This document shows, in pieces, positions 9,602-16,831 of a stretch of DNA of 34,256 bases. The stretch is taken from contig DATBMU010000157.1 of assembly GCA_036554665.1 (NCBI GenBank), forward strand, positions 1 through 34,256, read 5' to 3'. Source of the stretch: Actinomycetota bacterium (GTDB lineage: Bacteria > Actinomycetota > UBA4738 > HRBIN12). The translations under genes and the position numbers were made by a program. A model generated the notes under the pieces. It did no database searches and was not told the origin of the DNA. It saw nothing but the letters and a program-made list of their open reading frames with translations. Positions within the stretch are counted from its first letter, which is position 1. Each line of letters opens with the position of its first letter.

Positions 9602-10867
9602 TCAGCCCGGGTAGACGGGGAAGCGGGCCGCGAGCTCGGCGACCCGGGCGCGACAGGCCGAGATCACCCGGTCGTCGTTCGGGTGACGCAGCGCCTCGCC
9701 GACGATGCTGGCGACCTCCTTCATCTCCGGCTCGTCCATCCCGAGGGTGGCCGGACCGGGCGTGCCCACCCGGATCCCGGAGGGGTCGAGCGGCGGCCTC
9801 GGGTCGAACGGGATGCTGTTCTTGTTGATCGCGACGCCGATCGCGTCGCACACCGCCTCCGCGTCCCGACCGCCGATCCCGATCGGCCGAAGGTCGCACA
9901 GGACCAGGTGCGAGTCCGTCCCGCCCGAGACGAGGCGGACGCCCTCGTCCGCGAGCCCCTGGCCGAGCGCCCTCGCGCTCCGCACCACCCTCGCCGCGTA
10001 CGCCGCGAAGTCCGGGCTCATCGCCTCCTTGAACGCGACCGCCTTCGCCGCGATCACGTGCTCGAGCGGCCCCCCCTGCATCATCGGGAACACGGCCTTG
10101 TCGATCGCCTTCGCGTGCTCCTCGCGGCAGAGGATCACCGCGCCCCGCGGACCACGCAGCGTCTTGTGCGTCGTGAACGTCACCACGTCGGCGAACGGGA
10201 CCGGGCTCGGGTAGGCACCGCCGGCGCACAGCCCGACGAAGTGCGACGCGTCGGCCCACATGATCGCGCCGACCTCGTCCGCGATGCTCCGGAAGGCGGC
10301 CCAGTCGATCACGCGCGGGTAGGCCGTGTAGCCGGCGAGGACGACCTTCGGTCGATGCTCCTTCGCGAGGTCCCGGATCCGGTCGTAGTCGAGCTGCTCC
10401 GTCTCGCGGTCGACCTCGTAGCCGATGAAGTCGAACCACATCCCCGAGACGTTCACCGGCGATCCGTGCGTCAGGTGGCCGCCGTGCGAGAGCACGAGCG
10501 CGAGCACCCGGTCGTCGGATCGAGGCTGCAGGAAGGCGCCGAGCACCGCCAGGTTGGCCTGCGCGCCCGCGTGCGGTTGCACGTTGGCGTGCTCCGCGCC
10601 GAAGAGCGCCTTCGCCCGGTCGATCGCGAGCGTCTCCACGACGTCGACGAACTCACAGCCTCCGTAGTAGCGCCGCCCGGGATAGCCCTCCGCGTATTTG
10701 TTGTTCATCGTCGACGCGAGGGCGGCGAGCACCGCCGGGCTGGAGTAGTTCTCCGACGCGATCAGGCGCAGGGTCGAGCGCTCGCGTCGAAGCTCGCCGA
10801 CGATCGCCTCGGCCACGTCCGGGTCGGTCGCGACCAACGAGTCCCAGTCCGCGACGAAGTCCTTCAT
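9602..10867 (-). CDS. glyA: Serine hydroxymethyltransferase
   Basis: 421 aa with the TTHKTLRGPRG PLP-lysine motif and SENYSSPAVL. The start lies 1 nt after the rpiB stop. Confidence 0.95.
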   Translation of the reverse strand: MKDFVADWDSLVATDPDVAEAIVGELRRERSTLRLIASENYSSPAVLAALASTMNNKYAEGYPGRRYYGGCEFVDVVETLAIDRAKALFGAEHANVQPHAGAQANLAVLGAFLQPRSDDRVLALVLSHGGHLTHGSPVNVSGMWFDFIGYEVDRETEQLDYDRIRDLAKEHRPKVVLAGYTAYPRVIDWAAFRSIADEVGAIMWADASHFVGLCAGGAYPSPVPFADVVTFTTHKTLRGPRGAVILCREEHAKAIDKAVFPMMQGGPLEHVIAAKAVAFKEAMSPDFAAYAARVVRSARALGQGLADEGVRLVSGGTDSHLVLCDLRPIGIGGRDAEAVCDAIGVAINKNSIPFDPRPPLDPSGIRVGTPGPATLGMDEPEMKEVASIVGEALRHPNDDRVISACRARVAELAARFPVYPG

Positions 10868-10868
10868 C

Positions 10869-11315
10869 TCAGCGCTCTCCCCGTTCGATCTCGGCGACCT
10901 GCTCCAGCCTCCGGGCGTGGCGGCCCCCGTCGAACGGGGTCGCGAGCCACACCCGCACGATCTCCTGCGCGAGCGGCGCCGCCACGATCCGGCCGCCGAT
11001 CGCGAGCACGTTCGCGTCGTTGTGCCGTCGCGAGAGCTCCGCGAGATGCAGGTCGTTGCAGAGCGCGGCCCGCACGCCGCGGACCTTGTTCGCGACGAGC
11101 TGCTCGCCCTGCCCCGAACCTCCGAGGACGATCCCCCGCTCGCTCCGGCCGTCGACGACCGCGCGCGCCGCCGCCGCGCAGAGGTCCGGGTAGTCGACCG
11201 TCTCCTCCGAGTCGGTCCCGAAGTCCAGCACCTCGTGCCCCTCTCCCTCGAGGAACGCCTTGAGCGCCTCCTTCAGGAGGTACCCGGCGTGATCGCTCGC
11301 GATCGAGACGCGCAC
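10869..11315 (-). CDS. rpiB: Ribose-5-phosphate isomerase B
   Basis: I chose the GTG at 11315 (VRVSIASDHAGY...), giving 148 aa and starting just after the PTP stop. The RpiB/LacAB family N-terminus and GSGQGEQLVANK motif are present. The upstream part of the track ORF overlaps the preceding gene. Confidence 0.88.
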   Translation of the reverse strand: MRVSIASDHAGYLLKEALKAFLEGEGHEVLDFGTDSEETVDYPDLCAAAARAVVDGRSERGIVLGGSGQGEQLVANKVRGVRAALCNDLHLAELSRRHNDANVLAIGGRIVAAPLAQEIVRVWLATPFDGGRHARRLEQVAEIERGER

Positions 11316-11316
11316 G

Positions 11317-11913
11317 TCACTCCCCCTCGGCCGACGCGCGAGCGTGCGCGCGGCCGAACAGGCCATCCGTCAGGCGGCCGCACCACTCCTCCAGCTCCGC
11401 GGCGACGGCGCGGTACGTCTCGATCGGGAGCCCGAGCGGATCCGCGATGTCCTCGTCCTCCGGATCACCCTCGAACCCGTTCCGGCGCAGCGCGTCGGCC
11501 TCGGCGGCGCGCACCGCGAGGGCCGCGACGGGATCCGCGTCACCCGAGGCGACCGGGAGAGCCTCGAGCAGACGGACGAGCTCCTTCAGGGTGAACGTCC
11601 GGGCCGCCGTCTCGGGCGCCAGCCGGACCACCGCGGTGCGGTGCTCGGACGCCATCGCGAGGACGAGGCCGGTGCCCTCGAGATGCTCGGCCTCCAGGCG
11701 GCGGGCGCGGTGACCCGCGATGTCGATCCCGAGCTCGAGGGCGGCCGCGACGGATTCGGGCGAGGCCGGCGAGCCCTCCCATCCGAACGTCCCCACGGAC
11801 TCGACGGTGGGGGCCCGCTCGGCGAACCGGCGGCGGACCGCGGAGCACAGGAACCCCTCGGCGACCGGCGACCGACACACGTTGCCGGTGCAAACCACCA
11901 GGATGGAGGCCAT
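11317..11913 (-). CDS. Low-molecular-weight protein phosphatase (LMW-PTP / YwlE-like)
   Basis: The internal ATG at 11913 gives 198 aa starting MASILVVCTGNVCRSPVAEG, which contains the CX5R(S) P-loop. There is a DP motif near the C-terminus (IADPLG). The 459-aa track ORF is an N-terminal artefact. Confidence 0.85.
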   Translation of the reverse strand: MASILVVCTGNVCRSPVAEGFLCSAVRRRFAERAPTVESVGTFGWEGSPASPESVAAALELGIDIAGHRARRLEAEHLEGTGLVLAMASEHRTAVVRLAPETAARTFTLKELVRLLEALPVASGDADPVAALAVRAAEADALRRNGFEGDPEDEDIADPLGLPIETYRAVAAELEEWCGRLTDGLFGRAHARASAEGE

Positions 11914-11963
11914 GAGAGCGGGAGTGTACACGCGGCTCCAGCCGCGGAGCCGCGCGCCCGTCG

Positions 11964-12566
11964 CTAGCTCGCGTCGGCCGCCGCGGCGAGCACCAGCTCT
12001 TCCGCCAGGGCGCCGTGGCGCAGGATCCGCGGCTCCCCGTGCGCGAGATCGACGACGGTCGACGCGGTCCCCTCGACCGGCTCGTCCTGGCAGACGTACA
12101 CGGCGACCGCGTCGCCGAACGTCTCCACGAGGCCCTCGCACGACCCCGGCGTCGGCGCGCCGGAGCGGTTCGCGCTCGAGACCGCGAGCGGCCCCGTCCT
12201 CGCGAGGACGGCCAGGGTGAGCGGATGGTGCGGCATGCGCACGCCGATCGTCGACGGGTCCCCGCCGAGGTCCCAATCCCGGCTCCCCGCGGTCCTCGGG
12301 AGCACGATCGTCAGGGGGCCCGCCCAGAACCGCGACGCCAGCCGCTCCGCCCGCTCGTCGAACCTCGCGATCTCGCGCGCCGATGCGGCCGAGGGCACGA
12401 GCACGGGCAGCTCGAGGTCGCGGAGACGGTGCTTGGCCGCGAACAGCCGCCCGGTCGCCGACGCGTCGTCCGGCCGCGTCCCGATCCCGTGGACGGTGTC
12501 CGTGGGGAGCACCACGAGTCCCCCGCCGAGCGCGGCGAGCGCCGCTTCCTCGATCGCGTCGGTCAC
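11964..12566 (-). CDS. tsaC: L-threonylcarbamoyladenylate synthase, YrdC-domain only (TsaC/Sua5 family)
   Basis: The GTG at 12566 forms a GTGA overlap with the prmC stop and gives 200 aa. LVVLPTDTVHGIG, GPLTIVLPR and SSANRSG motifs are typical of YrdC/Sua5. Position is equivalent to Rv1301 / ywlC. Confidence 0.85.
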   Translation of the reverse strand: MTDAIEEAALAALGGGLVVLPTDTVHGIGTRPDDASATGRLFAAKHRLRDLELPVLVPSAASAREIARFDERAERLASRFWAGPLTIVLPRTAGSRDWDLGGDPSTIGVRMPHHPLTLAVLARTGPLAVSSANRSGAPTPGSCEGLVETFGDAVAVYVCQDEPVEGTASTVVDLAHGEPRILRHGALAEELVLAAAADAS

Positions 12567-13390
12567 GGCCGGCGCGCGAGCACGATCCGGTCGCGCCCGG
12601 TGAGGTCCGGCTCCACCCGGACGTCCGCGTACCCCTTCGACAGCGCACTCGCGACGGCATCGCCCTGCCGGGCGCCGATCTCGACCGCGAGGGCACCGCC
12701 GTCGCGGAGCCACCGCCCGGCCTCGACGGCGAGGCGCTCGATCACGTCGACGCCGCCGAGCAGCGCCGCCTCCGGATCGGCGCGCACCTCCGCCGGCAGG
12801 TCGAGGTACTCCTCCGGCGTCACATACGGCGGGTTGCTGACGACGAGGTCGACCCAGCCGCGCAGCTGCTCGGGCAGCGGCTCGAACATCGGGCCCTCGA
12901 GGACGCGGACGTCGAGCCCTAGCCGGTGAGCGTTCTCGCGCGCGAGCGCGACGGCGTCGGACGACACGTCGATCGCGTACACGTTCGCGTCCGGGCGCTC
13001 GTCCTTGATCGCGAGCGCGATCGCTCCGGTGCCGGTGCCCACGTCGACCACGACCGGGTCTTCGCCCTCGAGCGATCGCAGCGCGTGCTCGACGAGCACC
13101 TCCGTCTCGGGTCGCGGCACGAACACGCCCGGCCGCACCTCCAACCGGAGCCGGCGGAACGCCTGCTCGCCCGTGAGGTGCTGCAGCGGCGTCCCCGCGC
13201 ACCGCTGACACAGCGCGCGGCCGAACGCGCGCGCCTCGCGGGCGTCGAGGCCCTCGGTGCGCGCGTACAGCCCCGCTCGATCGGTGCGCAGGACGTGCAA
13301 CAGGAGGCGCTCGGCGTTCGCCGCCGGACCCTCGACCCCGTGGCGTTCCAGGTAGTCGGCGGCTCGGCGCACCACCTCGGTCGGGCGCAC
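12563..13390 (-). CDS. prmC: Release-factor glutamine N5-methyltransferase
   Basis: 275 aa with the VVDVGTGTGAIAL SAM motif and the VSNPPYV (NPPY) catalytic motif. It lies directly downstream of prfA. Confidence 0.92.
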   Translation of the reverse strand: MRPTEVVRRAADYLERHGVEGPAANAERLLLHVLRTDRAGLYARTEGLDAREARAFGRALCQRCAGTPLQHLTGEQAFRRLRLEVRPGVFVPRPETEVLVEHALRSLEGEDPVVVDVGTGTGAIALAIKDERPDANVYAIDVSSDAVALARENAHRLGLDVRVLEGPMFEPLPEQLRGWVDLVVSNPPYVTPEEYLDLPAEVRADPEAALLGGVDVIERLAVEAGRWLRDGGALAVEIGARQGDAVASALSKGYADVRVEPDLTGRDRIVLARRP

Positions 13391-13392
13391 GG

Positions 13393-14475
13393 TCAGCCGC
13401 CGCCGTCCCCGCCGGCGAGCTGCGCCGCGCGCTCGGCGGCGAGCAGGGCGTCGACGAACTCGTCGATGTCGCCCGCCAGGACGTCCTGCAGCCGGTGCGA
13501 CGTGAGCTTCACGCGGTGATCGGTCACGCGGTTCTCGGGGAAGTTGTAGGTGCGGATCTTCTCGGCGCGCTCACCCGTCCCCACCTGCGACCGGCGGGTT
13601 GCCGCCTCCTTCGCGGCGGCCTCCTCCTGCGCCCGGACGAGCAGGCGGGTCCGCAGGTACCGCATCGCCTTCTCGCGGTTCTGCAGCTGCGACCGCTCCT
13701 CCTGGCACGCGACGACGATCCCGGTCGGCTTGTGGGTGATCCGCACGGCCGAGTCGGTCGTGTTCACGGACTGTCCGCCGGGCCCCGAGGATCGGTACAC
13801 GTCGATCTGCAGGTCCTCGGGCCGGATGTCGACCTCGACGTCCTCGGCCTCGGGGAGCACCGCCACCGTCGCGGTCGACGTGTGCTTGCGGCCGGAGGAC
13901 TCGGTCACCGGGACCCGCTGGACGCGGTGGACGCCCGACTCGTGCTTCAGGCGCGAGTAGGCGCCCCGGCCCTTGACCTCGAGCGCCACCTTGTCGAACC
14001 CCCCGAGGCTCGACGGCGAGGCCGAGAGCACGTCCGTCCTCCACCGCCGGCGCTCGGCGTAATGGCGGTACAGCTCGAAGAGCTCACCGGCCCACAGGGC
14101 GGCCTCCTCGCCCCCCGCACCGGCGCGGATCTCGACGACCACGTTCTTGTCGTCGTTCGGGTCCTTCGGGACGAGCAGCTCTTCCAGGCGGGAGGTCAGC
14201 TCGGCCGCCTCCGTGTCGGCGGCCTCGGCCTCCTCGCGGAGGAACGCCGCCATCTCGGGGTCGCGCTCCTGCTTGACGAGCGCTCGCGCCTCCTCCGCCG
14301 CCCGGCGCGCCTCGCGGAGCCGCCGGTACGGCACGACGATCTCCTGGAGGTCGGCGAAGTCGCGACCCAGGCGGCGCAGCCGCTCGGGGTCGGTCGCCGC
14401 CTCGGGCGTGGCCATCTCGGCCTGCACTTGCTCGTAGCGGGCCTCGACCTCGGCGAGACGGGCATCCAGATCCAT
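13393..14475 (-). CDS. prfA: Peptide chain release factor 1
   Basis: 360 aa with the GGQSVN (GGQ) motif and the RVPVTES tripeptide-anticodon region (PxT, RF1 type). Confidence 0.96.
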   Translation of the reverse strand: MDLDARLAEVEARYEQVQAEMATPEAATDPERLRRLGRDFADLQEIVVPYRRLREARRAAEEARALVKQERDPEMAAFLREEAEAADTEAAELTSRLEELLVPKDPNDDKNVVVEIRAGAGGEEAALWAGELFELYRHYAERRRWRTDVLSASPSSLGGFDKVALEVKGRGAYSRLKHESGVHRVQRVPVTESSGRKHTSTATVAVLPEAEDVEVDIRPEDLQIDVYRSSGPGGQSVNTTDSAVRITHKPTGIVVACQEERSQLQNREKAMRYLRTRLLVRAQEEAAAKEAATRRSQVGTGERAEKIRTYNFPENRVTDHRVKLTSHRLQDVLAGDIDEFVDALLAAERAAQLAGGDGGG

Positions 14476-14482
14476 GCCCTCG

Positions 14483-14488
14483 ATTATC
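14483..14488 (-). promoter_or_regulatory. Candidate -10 box (GATAAT) for a leaderless prfA transcript
   Basis: The minus strand reads GCGATAATcgagggcATG. The -10-like hexamer ends 7 nt before the prfA ATG and there is no SD. No convincing -35 was found. Confidence 0.35.
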
Positions 14489-14523
14489 GCGGGCGGGAGC
14501 CGCGGCGCCGCTGCGGAGGCGAG

Positions 14524-15417
14524 CTAGGTCGACGCGCTCAGGCCGTCGTCGTCCTCGTCGCCCCAGGACAGGTCGAGGGGCGGGATGTCGGGCACCTCGA
14601 GCGGGATCGTCTCGGTGCCCTCCCACAGCTCCTCGTAGGAGGGATCGTCCAGCCCGCCCTCGAGGATCTGGTCGGCGACGATCAGCGGCACGGCGGCGTT
14701 CGCCGGCACGGGCTCCTCCTCGGAGCGGACGTCGACGATCTCGTCCGACGCCTCCGGCGTCTCGTCCGCTTCGGCGACGCCCTCCGTCTCCGCCTCGACG
14801 ACCGCCTCGGTCTCCGCGTCGCCGATGGCGTCGGTCTCCGCGTCGCCGGTGCCCTCGATCGGTTCGTCGATCGGGGTCACGATCGCCGCCTCGAGGTCGC
14901 GCGCGACGCCGAGGAGCCGCTCCTGCATCTGGGCGAGCTGATCGACCACGGCCTCCCGGCGCGCCGACAGCCCCGAGATCGTCCGGTCCGCCTGCTCGCG
15001 GGCCTCGAGCAGCGCGTGCTGGGCCTCGGCGCGAGCCTGCTCGGCCTTGGCCTGGGCGTCGGTGCGGATCTGGTCCGCCTGGGTGCGCGCCTCGAGCATC
15101 ATGCGCTCCGCCTCGCGGCTGCCCTCGATCCGCAGGCGCTCGGCCGTCTCGTCGGCCTCACGGATCACGGACGAGACGCGCGCGGCGAGGCGTTCGTACG
15201 GGTCGGCCTGGGGCTGGGAGCCCGCCCGGACGGCGGCGTCCGCCTCCATCCTGGACTCCCGGATCATCGAGGCCATCACGTCCATCTGGCTCGCGATCTC
15301 CTCGAGGAAGGCGCGGACCTGGTCCGCGTCGTAGCCGCGACGCGCCGTGACGAACTCGCGCCGTCGGATCTGGTCGGTAGACATGAGGACGGGATGGTCG
15401 AGCCTGGTGGCGGCCAT
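14524..15417 (-). CDS. DivIVA-domain coiled-coil protein
   Basis: 297 aa. STDQIRRREFVTARRGYDADQVRAFLEEIA matches the DivIVA N-terminal domain. It is followed by a long coiled coil and a very acidic C-terminal tail. A strong GAGGAGG SD lies 7 nt before the ATG. Confidence 0.8.
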   Translation of the reverse strand: MAATRLDHPVLMSTDQIRRREFVTARRGYDADQVRAFLEEIASQMDVMASMIRESRMEADAAVRAGSQPQADPYERLAARVSSVIREADETAERLRIEGSREAERMMLEARTQADQIRTDAQAKAEQARAEAQHALLEAREQADRTISGLSARREAVVDQLAQMQERLLGVARDLEAAIVTPIDEPIEGTGDAETDAIGDAETEAVVEAETEGVAEADETPEASDEIVDVRSEEEPVPANAAVPLIVADQILEGGLDDPSYEELWEGTETIPLEVPDIPPLDLSWGDEDDDGLSAST

Positions 15418-15453
15418 GGGGAAGCCTCCTCGGACGCTCGGGGAACGCCAAGG

Positions 15454-15481
15454 ACGCTACACGTGGAGCGGCCGGATGCAA
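15454..15481 (-). promoter_or_regulatory. Candidate promoter for the DivIVA-like gene (TTGCAT-16 nt-TAGCGT)
   Basis: The minus strand reads TTGCAT (15481-15476), a 16-nt spacer, then TAGCGT (15459-15454), followed by a leader of about 35 nt containing GAGGAGG. Confidence 0.35.
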
Positions 15482-15512
15482 GCACCCGCTCCGGGATCGG
15501 GACGGAGCGGCG

Positions 15513-16433
15513 TCAGCCCGGCGACGCGTCCTGCTCGGGCGCGGCCTTCGTCTCCGCCTCGCGCCGCAGGACCTCGTTGAAGGACATGATCGCGACCTCG
15601 ATCTGGTCGCGGTCGGGCGGCTTCGTCGTGATCTTCTGCAGCCACAGCCCCGGCAACATCACCGCGCGCATCGGACGCGAGTCCGGGAAGCGCGCCCCGA
15701 GCCGCAGGAGCTCGAACGCGAGCCCCGCGATGATCGGGATCGCCACGATGCGCGAGCCGATCCGCCACCAGATCCCGGGGTCGCCGAAGAGCGCGAACAC
15801 GAAGATCGTGATGACCATCACGAGCAGCAGGAAGTTCGTCCCGCAGCGGACGTGGAGCGTGGAGTAGCGGTCCACGCGGTCGGGGACCAGCGGCTCGTCG
15901 TGCTCGTACGCCGCGATCGTCTTGTGCTCCGCCCCGTGGTAGGCGAACACCCGCCGGATGTCCTTCGACCGGCCGATCAGCAGGAGGTAGCCGAGGAACA
16001 GCGCCACGCGGAACAGCCCCTCGAGGATGTTCACGAGCAACCCGGAGTCGATGTGCCGGCCCACCCAGCCGAACGTCGCCGCCGGCAGCACGATGAACAG
16101 CCCGATGAACAGCACGCCGGCGAGCGCCATCGACAGCCCCATCTGTCCGGACGTGAGCCGCTCGTCCTCCGGCGCCGACTCGCGCGCCGAGATCGACAGC
16201 GCGCGGAACCCGATCGCGAGCGCCTGTCCGAGCGCGATCACACCGCGCAGGAACGGCTTGCCGAGGACCGGGTGCCGCTTCACCACCGAGTCGATGTCGT
16301 GCGACTCGATGTGGATGTCGCCGCTCGGCCTGCGGACCGCGACGGCCCAGACCTCGCGGCCGCGCATCATCACGCCCTCGACGACCGCCTGGCCGCCGTA
16401 GAAGTGGTTCGGTCTCGTGGTCGGGTCGCTCAC
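15513..16433 (-). CDS. DUF1385 (YqhQ-like) membrane protein
   Basis: 306 aa with a GTG start. The N-terminus YGGQAVVEGVMMRG and the AYHGAEHK motif are hallmarks of DUF1385, a family commonly found next to rpmE/prfA/prmC. Confidence 0.8.
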   Translation of the reverse strand: MSDPTTRPNHFYGGQAVVEGVMMRGREVWAVAVRRPSGDIHIESHDIDSVVKRHPVLGKPFLRGVIALGQALAIGFRALSISARESAPEDERLTSGQMGLSMALAGVLFIGLFIVLPAATFGWVGRHIDSGLLVNILEGLFRVALFLGYLLLIGRSKDIRRVFAYHGAEHKTIAAYEHDEPLVPDRVDRYSTLHVRCGTNFLLLVMVITIFVFALFGDPGIWWRIGSRIVAIPIIAGLAFELLRLGARFPDSRPMRAVMLPGLWLQKITTKPPDRDQIEVAIMSFNEVLRREAETKAAPEQDASPG

Positions 16434-16446
16434 CCGTGCCGCCGGG

Positions 16447-16740
16447 TCAGGACTGCTCGGACCCGGGCGCCGGCTCGGCCGACTCGACCGGCGCCGGACG
16501 TGTGGCGGCGCGAGCGCCGGCGGCGGCCTTCTGCTGCTCCTGCTGCTTCGCGTACCGCCGCTGGAACCGCTCGACCCGGCCCCCCGTGTCGACCAGCTTC
16601 TGCTTGCCCGTGTAGAACGGGTGGCAGTTCGAGCAGATCTCCACGCGGAGCTCCGACCTCGTGCTCCGGGTCTGGAACGTGTTCCCGCAGGAGCAGTGGA
16701 CGGTGGCGATCTGGTACTCGGGGTGGATGCCCTGCTTCAT
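16447..16740 (-). CDS. rpmE: 50S ribosomal protein L31 (Zn-ribbon type) with a C-terminal extension
   Basis: The 97-aa protein starts MKQGIHPEY, with CSC...[13 protein letters not shown] zinc-binding cysteines. About 30 extra Ala/Pro/Glu/Gln-rich residues follow the conserved core. Confidence 0.93.
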   Translation of the reverse strand: MKQGIHPEYQIATVHCSCGNTFQTRSTRSELRVEICSNCHPFYTGKQKLVDTGGRVERFQRRYAKQQEQQKAAAGARAATRPAPVESAEPAPGSEQS

Positions 16741-16754
16741 CTCTCTCCTCTCAT

Positions 16755-16780
16755 CGCCCGCTTCGCTGGCGAAGCGGGCG
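16755..16780 (-). promoter_or_regulatory. Strong GC hairpin between rho and rpmE
   Basis: CGCCCGCTTCGC-TG-GCGAAGCGGGCG is a perfect 12-nt inverted repeat (effectively an 11-bp stem with a 4-nt loop). It sits 52 nt after the rho stop and 14 nt before the rpmE ATG, directly abutting the GAGAGGAGAGAG SD region. There is no U tract. Confidence 0.4.
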
Positions 16781-16831
16781 CTGCGTTGCGCCTACCGCGC
16801 TCGCGCTCCTCGAGGCGCCGGTGGTTGCACT

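Noticed and set aside
13393-14475. Checked the release-factor gene for a programmed +1 frameshift site.
   Set aside because: The protein has the RF1-type PVT motif, and a single uninterrupted ORF encodes the full length. Programmed frameshifting is a feature of prfB (RF2), not prfA.
14809-14850. Imperfect 24-nt tandem duplication (GGTCTCCGCGTCGCC...) inside the DivIVA-like gene.
   Set aside because: It encodes the repeated acidic peptide GDAETDAI/GDAETEAV in a low-complexity tail. It is most simply a small in-frame duplication, not a regulatory repeat or array.
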